DNA of 64,000 bases from Oscillospiraceae bacterium (lineage in GTDB: Bacteria; Bacillota; Clostridia; Oscillospirales; Oscillospiraceae): positions 3,844 through 67,843 of the forward strand of contig SVKP01000056.1 in assembly GCA_015068395.1 (NCBI GenBank), given 5' to 3'. Below are positions 44,854-55,052 of the stretch, in pieces (position 1 is the first letter of the stretch; the number at the start of each line of letters is the position of its first letter). A program made the position numbers and the translations under genes. Under the pieces are notes generated by a model that ran no database searches, had not been told where the DNA came from, and saw only the letters and a list, made by a program, of their open reading frames with translations.

Positions 44854-45843
44854 ATGAAAACAGTGTGGGCGTGCGTCATCGGCTTTGCGGTCTCCGCGCT
44901 CGCGGGAAGGCTCCTGATCCCCTGGCTGAGAAAGCTCAAGGCGGGGCAGGAGATCCGCGAGGACGGACCGACGTGGCACAATTCCAAGGCGGGTACGCCG
45001 ACGATGGGCGGGCTCATGTTCATCGCCGGCATCCTTGCCGCCATCCTGATCGCGGGATGGCAGGGTATGATGCAGGGCGACTTCAAGCACCTTTACATCT
45101 TCGCCTTTGCGCTGATCTTCGGCGTGATCGGCTTTCTGGACGACTTTGAAAAGGTCGTGCACCACAGAAATCTGGGGCTCACCGCGATCCAGAAGTTCCT
45201 GCTCCAGCTTGCCGCGGCGGTCGCGTTTCTGACGCTGATGCGCTACGAGAGGCTGCTGACGCCGAATCTGTATATTCCGTTCTGGAACACGCAGCTCGTG
45301 ATGAACTGGCCGGTCTACATGGTCTTTGCTGCCTTTGTCATCGTCGGGACGGTCAACGCGGTCAACATCACCGACGGCATCGACGGGCTTGCCGCGAGCG
45401 TGACGGTGCCTGTGGGGCTCTTTTTCGCGGTCGTGGCGGTATGGTGGAGCGGGCTGGAGCAGCTCGGCGTCTATTCCGGCGCACTGGTCGGCGCGCTGCT
45501 GGGCTTTCTGGTCTACAACTTCCACCCGGCGAAGGTGTTTATGGGCGACACGGGCTCGCTGTTTCTCGGCGGGACCGTGGCGGCGCTGGCGTTTGCCTAC
45601 GACATGCCGCTCATTCTGGTCCCCGTCGGCGTCATCTACATCTGCGAGACGATGTCCGACATTTTGCAGGTGGGGTATTTCAAGCTGACGCACGGCAAGC
45701 GCCTTTTCAAGATGGCGCCGCTGCACCACCATTTTGAAATGTGCGGCTGGAGCGAGGTCAAGCTCGTCGCGATCTTTACGGCGGTGAGTGTGCTGGGCTG
45801 CCTCGCAGCGGTGCTGGGCGTCATGAACCGCTATCATTTCTGA
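44854..45843 (+). CDS. mraY: Phospho-N-acetylmuramoyl-pentapeptide transferase
   Basis: KAGTPTMGG, NAVNITDGIDGL, VFMGDTGS and MAPLHHHFE. Confidence 0.97.
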   Translation: MKTVWACVIGFAVSALAGRLLIPWLRKLKAGQEIREDGPTWHNSKAGTPTMGGLMFIAGILAAILIAGWQGMMQGDFKHLYIFAFALIFGVIGFLDDFEKVVHHRNLGLTAIQKFLLQLAAAVAFLTLMRYERLLTPNLYIPFWNTQLVMNWPVYMVFAAFVIVGTVNAVNITDGIDGLAASVTVPVGLFFAVVAVWWSGLEQLGVYSGALVGALLGFLVYNFHPAKVFMGDTGSLFLGGTVAALAFAYDMPLILVPVGVIYICETMSDILQVGYFKLTHGKRLFKMAPLHHHFEMCGWSEVKLVAIFTAVSVLGCLAAVLGVMNRYHF

Positions 45844-45877
45844 TTAACCATTATCCCGACGGAGAGGGGGAAAGCGC

Positions 45878-47059
45878 GTGACACAGGAAGAACGCGAGCT
45901 GCGACGGCAGCAGCGCGAGCGGAAACGGGAGAGCGAAAAGAACGTCAAGGAGGCGGGCCGCGGCCCGCTGGACGTCCCGTTCCTGCTGCTGACGCTTCTT
46001 TTGACGATCGTGGGACTAATCATGCTCTTTTCCGCGAGCTTCCCGATGGCGTATTACGAAACCGGCAACCCGGCGCACTATCTGATCCGACAGGGCGTAT
46101 TCGCCATTCTGGGGCTGGTAGTGATGTTTCTCGTCGGGCGGATCAACTATGAGCGCTACCGCGCGTTTTCCCGCATTTTGCTGCTCGCCTCCATCGCGCT
46201 GCTGATCCTCGTGCTGATCCCCGGCGTCGGGCACAAGAGCCACGGCGCGACGCGCTGGCTCGGCTTCGGCGAGCTGTTCACGTTTCAGCCGTCCGAGATC
46301 GCAAAGGTCGGCGTGATCCTCTATTTTGCCGACAGCATCTCCAAAAAGCGGGACAGGATGGAGACCTTCAGCTACGGTATCCTGCCCTATGCCGTGATCC
46401 TCGGGCTTATCGCGGGGCTGATGATGCTTGAGCCGCACTTCTCCGGCACGGTGCTGATCCTCGGCGTCGGTGCGGTGATGATGTTCGCAGGCGGCATCCG
46501 GCTCGTCTGGGTCGGCGCGGGGGCGGGCGTTGCCGGGACGGTTATCTGGGCGTATCTGACCGGGAAAATCAGCTACAACGCGAAGCGCATCCAGATCTGG
46601 CAGGACCCGCTCAATCCCCAATGGATACGGGACGAGGGCTACCAGATCCGCCAGAGCCTGCTTGCCATCGGCTCCGGGGGACTGCTGGGCGTGGGCTTCG
46701 GCCAGAGCCGGCAGAAGTTCCTGTATCTGCCCGAACGGCACAACGACTTCATTTTCTCCATCATCTGCGAGGAGTTGGGGCTGATTGGCGCGACGCTGAT
46801 TATGGCGATCTTTGCGCTGCTTATCATCCGCGGCTACTGGATCGCGCTGCACGCCCGCGACCGCTTCGGCGCGCTGCTTGCCATAGGGGTCACGACGCAA
46901 ATTGCCCTACAGGTGTTTTTAAACATCGCGGTCGTCTCCAACCTGATTCCGAACACGGGCATTTCGTTGCCATTTTTCAGCTACGGCGGCACGGCGCTCG
47001 TGATCCAGCTGGCGGAAATGGGACTCATATTGAGCGTATCGCGTCAGATGCCCGCATGA
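45878..47059 (+). CDS. ftsW: SEDS glycosyltransferase FtsW/SpoVE
   Basis: GATRWL, FQPSEIAK, GYQIRQS, LPERHNDFIF and LPFFSYGGT. Confidence 0.93.
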   Translation: MTQEERELRRQQRERKRESEKNVKEAGRGPLDVPFLLLTLLLTIVGLIMLFSASFPMAYYETGNPAHYLIRQGVFAILGLVVMFLVGRINYERYRAFSRILLLASIALLILVLIPGVGHKSHGATRWLGFGELFTFQPSEIAKVGVILYFADSISKKRDRMETFSYGILPYAVILGLIAGLMMLEPHFSGTVLILGVGAVMMFAGGIRLVWVGAGAGVAGTVIWAYLTGKISYNAKRIQIWQDPLNPQWIRDEGYQIRQSLLAIGSGGLLGVGFGQSRQKFLYLPERHNDFIFSIICEELGLIGATLIMAIFALLIIRGYWIALHARDRFGALLAIGVTTQIALQVFLNIAVVSNLIPNTGISLPFFSYGGTALVIQLAEMGLILSVSRQMPA

Positions 47060-47215
47060 TACTAATCTTCAACTAAAACAAGACATTCCCTGCGGCATAT
47101 TTTTCGCCATGCCGCGTTATCGTCCTTGGCGGGCGTCAGCCCGTCTGCGTCCTCTGCCTTGCATGACAAAAATTATGCTCGCAAGGCTTTGCCGCCTTTA
47201 GTCGAAGATTAGTAT
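47059..47215 (+). mobile_element. MITE-like element, copy 2 (~157 bp)
   Basis: 19-bp TIRs ATACTAATCTTCAACTAAA / TTTAGTCGAAGATTAGTAT (1 mismatch), internal palindromic arms, homologous to 16526-16683. Confidence 0.8.
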
Positions 47216-47230
47216 GAGAGGAGGAACGCC

Positions 47231-48349
47231 ATGAAAGTAATCTTTACCTGCGGCGGCACGGCGGGACACGTCAACCCCGCGCTTGCCGTCGCCGGGCTCA
47301 TGCGCGAGAAGGAGCCCTCGACGGAGGTGCTGTTCGTCGGCGCGGAGCGCGGGCTGGAGCGCGATTTGATCGCGCACACGGAGTACCCGTTCCGCACGGT
47401 CAACATCTCCTCGTTCCACCGCTCGCTCAAGCCGAAAGAGATCAAGCACAATTTGGTTTCCGTGCGGAACCTGCTCCACGCGGAGCGGGAGGCGGACGCG
47501 ATCCTTGACAGCTTTCAGCCCGACCTGATCGTCGGCACCGGTGGCTACGCGAGCTATCCCGTCGTGCGCTACGGCGCGCGGCGTGGCATTCCGACTGCGG
47601 TGCACGAGTCAAACATCGTGCCGGGGCTGACCACGCGCGAGCTGGAAAAGTACGCCCAGCGCATTATGGTCGGCTTCGAGGACTGCCGACAGCACTATAA
47701 GCACCCGGAGAAGGTGGTCGTCACCGGCACACCGGTGCGCGGGGACTTCTTTTCACAGACGAAGCAGGAGGCGAAGCGCGCACTGGGGCTGGATGACGGC
47801 AGGCCGCTGCTCGTGTCCTTCTGGGGCAGCCTCGGCTCGGGCGGGATGAACCGCATGATGGCGGATTTCCTCGCCCTCGAGGCGGCGCACGAGCCGTTTC
47901 ACCACATCCACGGCGTCGGCTCGATCTCATGGAACGCGATGCAGGCGGCGCTTGCGGAGCGCGGCGTGACGCTCGCGGAGCATCCCGCGCTCGACGTGCG
48001 GGAGTACATCTACAACATGGCGGAGGTCATGCGCGCCGCCGATCTGGTGCTCTCCCGCGCCGGCGCGTCGACGATCGCGGAGCTGACCGCGCTCGGCGTT
48101 CCGGCGGTGCTGGTGCCCTCGCCCAACGTGACGAACCACCATCAGGAGAAAAACGCGAGCCTTCTCGGCGAGCACGGCGCGGCGCTGGTGCTTGCGGAGG
48201 AGAGGCTGGACGGGAAGCGCCTGTTCGCCGCGGCGTCGGAGATTCTGCACGACGCAGCGCATCGCGCGGAGATGGAAAAAAGCATGGCGTCCCTCGGCGT
48301 GCGGGACGCGGCGGAACGCATGTATGATACGGTCATGAGCTTGGTATAG
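47231..48349 (+). CDS. murG: Undecaprenyl-PP-MurNAc-pentapeptide GlcNAc transferase
   Basis: CGGTAGHVNPA, GTGGYAS, HESN, GSLGS, SRAGAST and HQEKNA. Confidence 0.97.
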   Translation: MKVIFTCGGTAGHVNPALAVAGLMREKEPSTEVLFVGAERGLERDLIAHTEYPFRTVNISSFHRSLKPKEIKHNLVSVRNLLHAEREADAILDSFQPDLIVGTGGYASYPVVRYGARRGIPTAVHESNIVPGLTTRELEKYAQRIMVGFEDCRQHYKHPEKVVVTGTPVRGDFFSQTKQEAKRALGLDDGRPLLVSFWGSLGSGGMNRMMADFLALEAAHEPFHHIHGVGSISWNAMQAALAERGVTLAEHPALDVREYIYNMAEVMRAADLVLSRAGASTIAELTALGVPAVLVPSPNVTNHHQEKNASLLGEHGAALVLAEERLDGKRLFAAASEILHDAAHRAEMEKSMASLGVRDAAERMYDTVMSLV

Positions 48350-48464
48350 GAAACGCAAATAATATTTGCATCTATTCTACATCCTGACTGCCTGCGGAAC
48401 ACCGGGACCGGTATTGCGCATACTATGGGCTGATTGGAAAACTATGGTATGCGGAGGGGTCAGG

Positions 48465-49781
48465 ATGCAGGAGTTGGTCATCGAGGGCGGCTGCCGCCTT
48501 CAGGGTGAACTGACGATACAGGGGTCCAAAAACGGCGTTCTGCCGGTGCTGGCGGCGACGATCCTCTGCGCGGGCGAATGCCGCGTGGAGAACTGCCCTC
48601 GGCTGCGGGACGTGGACGCGTCCATCGCGATACTGCGCCATTTGGGCTGCTGCACGCGGTGGGAGGGCGGCGCGCTGCTCGTCGACACGACGCACATGGA
48701 CAAAAACGAGGTGCCCGACGCGTTGATGCGTGAAATGCGCTCGTCGGTCATCTTCCTCGGCGCGATCCTGGCGCGGCAGGGGGAGGCGGCGCTGTCCTAT
48801 CCGGGCGGCTGCGAGCTTGGGCCGCGGCCGATCGACATGCACCTTGCCGCGCTGCGCGCGCTCGGCGCGGAGATCGAAGAGCGCGGCGGGACGCTCCGCT
48901 GCCGCGCAAGGGTACTTACCGCCACGGAGATCGTGCTGCCGCTGCCGAGCGTCGGCGCGACCGAGAACGCCATTCTCGCCGCCTGCGGCGCGGAGGGGAC
49001 GACCGCCATCTACAACGCCGCGCGCGAGCCGGAGATCGCCGAGCTTCAGGACTTCCTCAACGCCATGGGTGCGCAGGTATGCGGTGCGGGCGGCTCGATC
49101 GTCACGGTGACGGGGAAGCGAGCGCTTCACGGCGGGACGCACCGCGTCATCGGCGACCGCATTGCGGCGGCGACCTATCTGTGCGCGGCGGCGGCATGCG
49201 GCGGCGAGGTGCGGCTCAGCGGTGTGGACTGCCGCGCGCTCTCGCCGGTGACTGCCGCGCTCTATGAGGCGGGCTGCGCCGTTGAGAGCGGTGTGGAGGA
49301 CGTTTTTCTCCGCAGCGGGGGACGCCTTCGCGCGATCCACCCCGTGCGCACGGCGCCGTATCCGGGCTTTCCCACCGACGCGCAGCCCGCGATGATGGCG
49401 GCGCTGCTCCGTTCGGCGGGCAGCACGGTGTTTGTGGAGAATATCTTTGAAAACCGCTACCGCCACGCGGGGGAGCTGTCCCGCATGGGGGCGGATATCC
49501 GCGTCGCGGGACGGGTCGCCGTCGTGAGCGGCGTGCCGTCGCTGCACGGCGCGAGCGTCAAATGCACCGACCTGCGCGGCGGCGCCGCGCTGGTTCTGGC
49601 GGGCCTGCAGGCGGAGGGCACGACGCGTGTTTCACAGCTGGAGCATATCGACCGCGGATATGAGAGCATGGAAAGAGAGCTTGCGCTGCTCGGGGCAAGG
49701 ATCGGGCGGCGGGAGGAAACGCAATGGCAAGAACGAGGCACAATCGAAGACGCAGACGGGGAAGGTACGCCTTCCTCCTGA
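48465..49781 (+). CDS. murA: UDP-GlcNAc 1-carboxyvinyltransferase (possibly a sporulation copy)
   Basis: GSKN, PGGCELGPRPIDMH, SVGATEN, PYPGFPTDAQ, DLRGGA and HIDRGYE. Upstream AC-N16-CATACTATG is SigK/SigE-like. Confidence 0.95.
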   Translation: MQELVIEGGCRLQGELTIQGSKNGVLPVLAATILCAGECRVENCPRLRDVDASIAILRHLGCCTRWEGGALLVDTTHMDKNEVPDALMREMRSSVIFLGAILARQGEAALSYPGGCELGPRPIDMHLAALRALGAEIEERGGTLRCRARVLTATEIVLPLPSVGATENAILAACGAEGTTAIYNAAREPEIAELQDFLNAMGAQVCGAGGSIVTVTGKRALHGGTHRVIGDRIAAATYLCAAAACGGEVRLSGVDCRALSPVTAALYEAGCAVESGVEDVFLRSGGRLRAIHPVRTAPYPGFPTDAQPAMMAALLRSAGSTVFVENIFENRYRHAGELSRMGADIRVAGRVAVVSGVPSLHGASVKCTDLRGGAALVLAGLQAEGTTRVSQLEHIDRGYESMERELALLGARIGRREETQWQERGTIEDADGEGTPSS

Positions 49782-50479
49782 AGCTGTTCGGCTTTTTTGT
49801 CGCGCTTGCGGCGGTGATCGGGGCAATCACGCTCTTTTTCCGCATGGACCATATCATTGTCAAGGGTGGGGAACGCTACAGCGAGGCGGAGGTCGTGGAG
49901 GCGTCCGGGCTGGAGATCGGCGGCAATCTATACTTTATTAATAAATACGATGTGAAAGAGGCGATCTTCGCAAAGCTTCCCTATGTGGAGGAGGTTCGCA
50001 TCAATCGAAAGCTGCCCGACACCATGCTCATCGAGGTGCGCGAATGCAAGGCGGTCGCCGGGGTAGGGGACGCGTACGGCGTATGGCTCATCAGCGACCA
50101 GGGCAAGCTGCTGGAAAAGGCGGATACGCCTCCGGAGGACTGCCCGCTGGTCACGGGGGCAAAGCTCGTATCCCCGGCGCCGAGCCGCCAGATCGACGCG
50201 GGAGAGGACGCGGAGTACCGCATGGGCGTCGTGCTCACGCTGCTGCGCGAGTCGGCAAGCCGACGTATGCGTGCCAACATCGGCGAGATCGACATGTCGG
50301 ACGAGACCGCGTTGAGCTTCTCCTACCTCGGACGCTTTACGGTGCGCATCCCGTGGACGTCCGATATTGGCTATAAGCTCGAGAGCCTGTCCACAGTCGT
50401 GGACTATCTGGAAAACAACGAAACGGGCCGGACCGACCTGATGACGGAGGGCAAGGCAAGCTTCATTCCGGGGGAATGA
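49724..50479 (+). CDS. ftsQ: Cell division protein FtsQ/DivIB
   Basis: Basic N-terminus, TM, POTRA domain (LPYVEEVRINRKLPDTMLIEVRE). Located before ftsZ. Confidence 0.88.
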   Translation: MARTRHNRRRRRGRYAFLLKLFGFFVALAAVIGAITLFFRMDHIIVKGGERYSEAEVVEASGLEIGGNLYFINKYDVKEAIFAKLPYVEEVRINRKLPDTMLIEVRECKAVAGVGDAYGVWLISDQGKLLEKADTPPEDCPLVTGAKLVSPAPSRQIDAGEDAEYRMGVVLTLLRESASRRMRANIGEIDMSDETALSFSYLGRFTVRIPWTSDIGYKLESLSTVVDYLENNETGRTDLMTEGKASFIPGE

Positions 50480-50626
50480 TAAAAAAATAAAAAAGAATTT
50501 GCATTCTCCTATTGACCGCGGGGCAAAAGCGTAATAGAATAGCAACGATGTGGTATTATACTTTATGTTGTGGCATTTTATGAAAAAGCCGCAGCCTTCC
50601 ACAAGAGACAGTAGGAGGAACCGGGT

Positions 50627-51985
50627 ATGGCATTCGGACTGGAGACCGGACAGGAGAGCGTAGTCAAAATCAAGGTGATCGGCGTCGGCGGCGGCGGCAA
50701 CAACGTTGTCAACCGCATGGTACGCTCAGGCGCGCGCGGCGTGGATTTTGTCGCGGTCAACACAGATAAGCAGGCGCTGAATGTATCCAGCGCAACCTAT
50801 AAGATTCAAATCGGAGAAAAGCTGACCCACGGCCAGGGCGCGGGCTCTGACCCCGAGGTCGGACGCAAGAGCGCGGAGGAAAGCCGCGCCCAGATCGCCA
50901 AGGCGCTTGAGGACACCGACATGGTGTTCATCACCGCCGGTATGGGCGGCGGCACGGGCACCGGCGGCGCGCCCATCGTCGCGGAGATCGCGCACGAGGC
51001 GGGCATTCTGACGGTCGGCGTCGTAACGAAGCCCTTCGCCTTTGAGGGACGCCGCCGCATGTTGCAGGCGGAAAAGGGCATTGAGGAGCTGCGCGACAAG
51101 GTCGACTCGCTCGTCATCATCCCGAACGAGCGCCTCAAGCTGGCGACGGACCAGAAGGTCACGCTGGCGAACGCGTTCGAGATCGCGGACGACGTGCTGA
51201 GACAGGCGGTCCAGAGTATTTCGGACCTTATCAACACGCCGGGCTTCATCAACCTCGACTTCGCGGACGTGACGTCGGTGATGAAGGACGCGGGCCTTGC
51301 CCATATGGGCGTGGGCCGCGCGGCAGGGAAGGGCAAGGCGGAGGAGGCCGCGCGTATGGCGATCTCCAGCCCGCTGCTGGAGACCAGCATCGACGGTGCG
51401 CACGGCGTTTTGATCAACATCACCGGCTCCGTGGACATCAGCCTCGAGGAGGTTGAGCAGGCAGCCTCGCTGGTGCAGCAGGCGGTCCATCCCGATTCGA
51501 ACAACATCTTCGGCGCGACCTTCGACGAGTCGCTTGACGACGAGATCCGCGTCACCGTCATCGCCACAGGCTTTGAGGAGAAGCGCGACGCGCAGCCCGC
51601 GGTGCTGACCGTGCGCGAGCGCGAAATGCTGGAACGCAACGGCATGGGCGCGCAGCAGACGCAGCCGGTCCATCAGGCCGCTCCCGTGCAGCAGCCGGTG
51701 CAGGCTCCCGTGCAGCAGCCGGTACAAGTGCCGGTCCAACAGCCTGTGCAGGCTCCCGTGCAGCAGCCGGTGCAAGCGCCGGTTCAGCAGCCGGTACAAG
51801 CGCCGGTTCAGCAGCCGGTACAGGCTCCCGTGCAGCAGCCGGTGCAAGCGCCGGTTCAGCAGCCGACGCAGGCGCCCGTTCAGCATCCGGCGCCGGAACC
51901 GAAGCCTGCTCCCAAGCCCGAGCCCGAGGAGCCGGAGGACGATCCGTTCGCCGAGATCTTCAAGATTTTCAACCGCAATAATTGA
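50627..51985 (+). CDS. ftsZ: Cell division protein FtsZ
   Basis: [17 protein letters not shown] and NLDFADV. C-terminal [12 protein letters not shown]. Confidence 0.98.
   Translation: MAFGLETGQESVVKIKVIGVGGGGNNVVNRMVRSGARGVDFVAVNTDKQALNVSSATYKIQIGEKLTHGQGAGSDPEVGRKSAEESRAQIAKALEDTDMVFITAGMGGGTGTGGAPIVAEIAHEAGILTVGVVTKPFAFEGRRRMLQAEKGIEELRDKVDSLVIIPNERLKLATDQKVTLANAFEIADDVLRQAVQSISDLINTPGFINLDFADVTSVMKDAGLAHMGVGRAAGKGKAEEAARMAISSPLLETSIDGAHGVLINITGSVDISLEEVEQAASLVQQAVHPDSNNIFGATFDESLDDEIRVTVIATGFEEKRDAQPAVLTVREREMLERNGMGAQQTQPVHQAAPVQQPVQAPVQQPVQVPVQQPVQAPVQQPVQAPVQQPVQAPVQQPVQAPVQQPVQAPVQQPTQAPVQHPAPEPKPAPKPEPEEPEDDPFAEIFKIFNRNN
51689..51880 (+). repeat. 8 x 24-bp coding tandem repeat (QQPVQAPV) in the FtsZ linker
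   Basis: Eight consecutive CAGCAGCCGGT(G/A)CA(G/A)GC(T/G)CC(C/G)GT(G/T)-like units, 192 bp in total. Confidence 0.92.
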
Positions 51986-52189
51986 TTTTGAAAAAACTGT
52001 CAGACTCCGCAGAGCTTGCCTTTGCGGAGCCTGTTTTTCTTCTGCGCGCCGTTCGCCAGATTTCACCTTGACAGTTCGGTTAAATTTTAGACAGGGTAGT
52101 TTACGCAGAAATGCGAAAAATAGACCTGTCGTGCGGTAATTTTTAAAAATGCCGCGCGGCGAACCATTCAATACGAAAGGAGGGGTCGG

Positions 52190-53230
52190 ATGAACTCTCT
52201 TCCCAGCCGGATCGCAGCGGTCCTGCTCGGCGTGCTGTTTGCCCTCACGGCATACGCGCCGGGCGTCCGCGCCGAGGCGGAACGCATGGAGGAGGAGCAG
52301 CAGGAGACGCGCTATCTTGTCCCGGTGGGGCATACGGTCGGCGTCAAGCTGTTTGCCGAGGGCGTGCTGGTCGTCGGGCTGTCGGACGGCGAGACCCCCG
52401 CGAAGGAGAGCGGCCTGCGCGAGGGCGACATCCTGCTCACGTTCAACGGGACAGAGGTGGACTCGACGGAGCATTTGCAGCGCCTGTTGACGGAAAACGG
52501 CGCATCGCGCGCGACCATGGGCGTCCGGCGCGGCATGAAAACGCTGGCGCTCCCCGTCACGCCGGAGACGGGTGAGGACGGCAAGGTCCGCCTCGGCGCG
52601 TGGATACGGGACAGCATGGCGGGCATCGGGACGATGACCTTTTACGATCCGCAGAGCGGGCTGTTCGGCGCGTTGGGCCATGGCGTGACCGACGTGGACA
52701 CCGGCGCGCTCATGCCGCTGCACAGCGGCAGCATCATGGACGCGACGGTCAAGGCGGTCAAGCACGGCGCGAGCGGTTCGCCGGGCGAGCTGCGCGGCAG
52801 CTTTGACCTGACGCGGGACAGCGGCAGCCTCACCGCAAACACGAGCTGCGGTCTGTTCGGTACGCTCACGGGCGAGAGCAACGCGATCACGACGCAGCGC
52901 GCCGTGCCCGTGGCGAAGCGGGGCGAGATCAGGACCGGGCGCGCGACGATCCTCGCCAATGTCGGCGGCGACGAGGTGTGCGAGTATGAGGTCGAGATCG
53001 AGCGGGTCTACTCCGCCGCGTCCCCGACGCGGAACATGCTCGTGCGCGTGACGGACCCGGAGCTTCTGGAAAAAACGGGGGGCATCGTGCAGGGCATGAG
53101 CGGCAGCCCGATCTTGCAGGACGGCAGGCTCGTTGGCGCGGTGACGCATGTGTTGGTGAACGACGCCGCGCGCGGTTACGGTATCTTCATCGAAAACATG
53201 CTCTCCGCGGCGGAGGGCAAGGCGGGCTGA
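52190..53230 (+). CDS. spoIVB: SpoIVB peptidase (S55)
   Basis: PDZ domain, LGAWIRD..AGIGTMTF, FGALGHG and TGGIVQGMSGSPI. Confidence 0.96.
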   Translation: MNSLPSRIAAVLLGVLFALTAYAPGVRAEAERMEEEQQETRYLVPVGHTVGVKLFAEGVLVVGLSDGETPAKESGLREGDILLTFNGTEVDSTEHLQRLLTENGASRATMGVRRGMKTLALPVTPETGEDGKVRLGAWIRDSMAGIGTMTFYDPQSGLFGALGHGVTDVDTGALMPLHSGSIMDATVKAVKHGASGSPGELRGSFDLTRDSGSLTANTSCGLFGTLTGESNAITTQRAVPVAKRGEIRTGRATILANVGGDEVCEYEVEIERVYSAASPTRNMLVRVTDPELLEKTGGIVQGMSGSPILQDGRLVGAVTHVLVNDAARGYGIFIENMLSAAEGKAG

Positions 53231-53370
53231 CAACCAGCGGCAGGGGGCGCGAGCAAAACCGTGCCCCCTGCCGCGTTTCGCTGAGAATGTGTCTTTTTTC
53301 GGTTGAAAAGTCACCGGATTTCGAGTAAAATCTGAGAAAAGAAACAGAATCAGCAGAGGGGGGATACGGG

Positions 53371-54771
53371 ATGCGGCGTTTGGCTGCGATGCTTTTGAGT
53401 ACGGCGCTCTGTCTTGCGCTCTTCATCTGCCCTGCCGCGCGGGCGGCAGAGCAGGAGGAGACAGACGCGGAGTATGTCGGCTACCTTGTCTCCTGTCCTT
53501 CCGCTTTTTTGCAGGAGAGTGCGGACGCGCCGCTGCTCCGCGGCGGCGCCGCGGGGACGCTGGAGCATGTGCTGGAGGATATCTACTGGACGCAGAGCGA
53601 GAGCTATGCGCTCTGGCTGCTGGAGAGCGGGCGCGCGGACTTTGTTGAGCCAAACTATGTGGCGACGTTGTTCGACACAAATGAGGGAGACGCCGGAGGC
53701 TGGCAGCGGGAGGCGCTGTGCTCGGACGCCGCCGAAGCGCTCGGGCTGGACGGAACGGGCGTCCGCGTCGCGGTGATCGACAGCGGCGTCGATCCGAACA
53801 ATCCCGACCTGGCCGACGCAAAGCTGGCGGATGGCTATGATTATATTGCGGGAACGACTGAAATGAGCGACGATGTGTCCCACGGGACGAAGGTCGCGCA
53901 GCTGCTCTGCGGGGACGACAACAACCTCGGTGTGACCGGGCTTGCGCGGGGCTGCGAGCTCGTGCCCCTGCGCTGCTTTTCCAAGTCGCACGACACCACG
54001 GTTGCCGAGCTGGCTCTGGCGGTCAAGGAGGCGGTCACACGCTATCACTGCGACGTAATCAACATGAGCTGGGGCCTTGCCAATGATTCCCAAATACTCC
54101 ACGACGCTTTGCGTCAGGCAAGCGACGCGGGCGTGGCGCTGGTCGCCGCGGCGGGAAACACGGGTACGCAGTTTCCGCAGGGCTCCCTGGTCTATCCCGC
54201 CGCGTATGACGAGGTAATCAGCGTCGCTTCGGTGAACAGCAGCCTGATCGCAGCGCAGGATTCCATGCATAACGCCTTTGTGACCGTATGCGCGCCCGGA
54301 GCGGACCTCAGCTTTACGCTGGCGGACGGGAGCAGCGCGAGCGGCAGCGGGACGTCCTTTGCGACGCCCTGCGTCTCCGCGCTGGCGGCGCTCTTGAAGC
54401 AGCACGCGGGGCTGAGCGGCGCGGACGTACTTGCGCTGCTGCGGGAGCGTTCCGTCGATTTGGGCGATCCGGGCTTCGACGACGTGTACGGATACGGTCT
54501 GCCCCGGCTGGATGCGCTGCTTGTGCCGCAGCGCTGTGTGCTGAGCGGCAGGACGCTGAGCGCGTCGCTTCTGCGGCGGGAGGGCGGAACCGTCGTGCTG
54601 GCGCTGTATGACGCGCAGGGGCGGATGACGGGCATGTATCTCGACTCCGCCGCGGACGGCTATGGCCTTGTCCGATGCGCCGCTGCGGACGATGCGGTTT
54701 CCGGCGCGGCTTTTTACCTCGACGAGAGCGCGGCGCCGATTTTTGCCGTGGATCGCGTCTCTCTCCGCTGA
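53371..54771 (+). CDS. Secreted subtilisin-family (S8) serine protease
   Basis: Signal peptide and catalytic triad VIDSG, HGT, GTSFATP; also AAAGN. Confidence 0.92.
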   Translation: MRRLAAMLLSTALCLALFICPAARAAEQEETDAEYVGYLVSCPSAFLQESADAPLLRGGAAGTLEHVLEDIYWTQSESYALWLLESGRADFVEPNYVATLFDTNEGDAGGWQREALCSDAAEALGLDGTGVRVAVIDSGVDPNNPDLADAKLADGYDYIAGTTEMSDDVSHGTKVAQLLCGDDNNLGVTGLARGCELVPLRCFSKSHDTTVAELALAVKEAVTRYHCDVINMSWGLANDSQILHDALRQASDAGVALVAAAGNTGTQFPQGSLVYPAAYDEVISVASVNSSLIAAQDSMHNAFVTVCAPGADLSFTLADGSSASGSGTSFATPCVSALAALLKQHAGLSGADVLALLRERSVDLGDPGFDDVYGYGLPRLDALLVPQRCVLSGRTLSASLLRREGGTVVLALYDAQGRMTGMYLDSAADGYGLVRCAAADDAVSGAAFYLDESAAPIFAVDRVSLR

Positions 54772-55022
54772 AGCGTGGAGCGTATTTTGGGTCGGGTAAA
54801 TTCACACCAAAAAAATACAGTGTGTAATAGCGGCTTCAAACCTGCATTTTGGCGGGAAGAGCGTCGGACCTTTGTTGCAGTTCGCCAAATTTTCCTCGCC
54901 GCAAAAAGCGTTTGATTCCTTGGTTTTCCGTGATATCGTGAAGAGAATACTTTGAAATCGGACGATATCGGAGGAGAAAAAAAGTGTACATAATCGAAAC
55001 CATAATTTCCAACTACAAATAG

Positions 55023-55052
55023 TTATCCACAATTTCCACAGGTTTATCCACA
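55023..55052 (+). promoter_or_regulatory. Cluster of DnaA boxes
   Basis: TTATCCACA (55023-31), ATTTCCACA (55032-40) and TTATCCACA (55044-52) within an AT-rich ~550-bp intergenic region. Confidence 0.7.
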
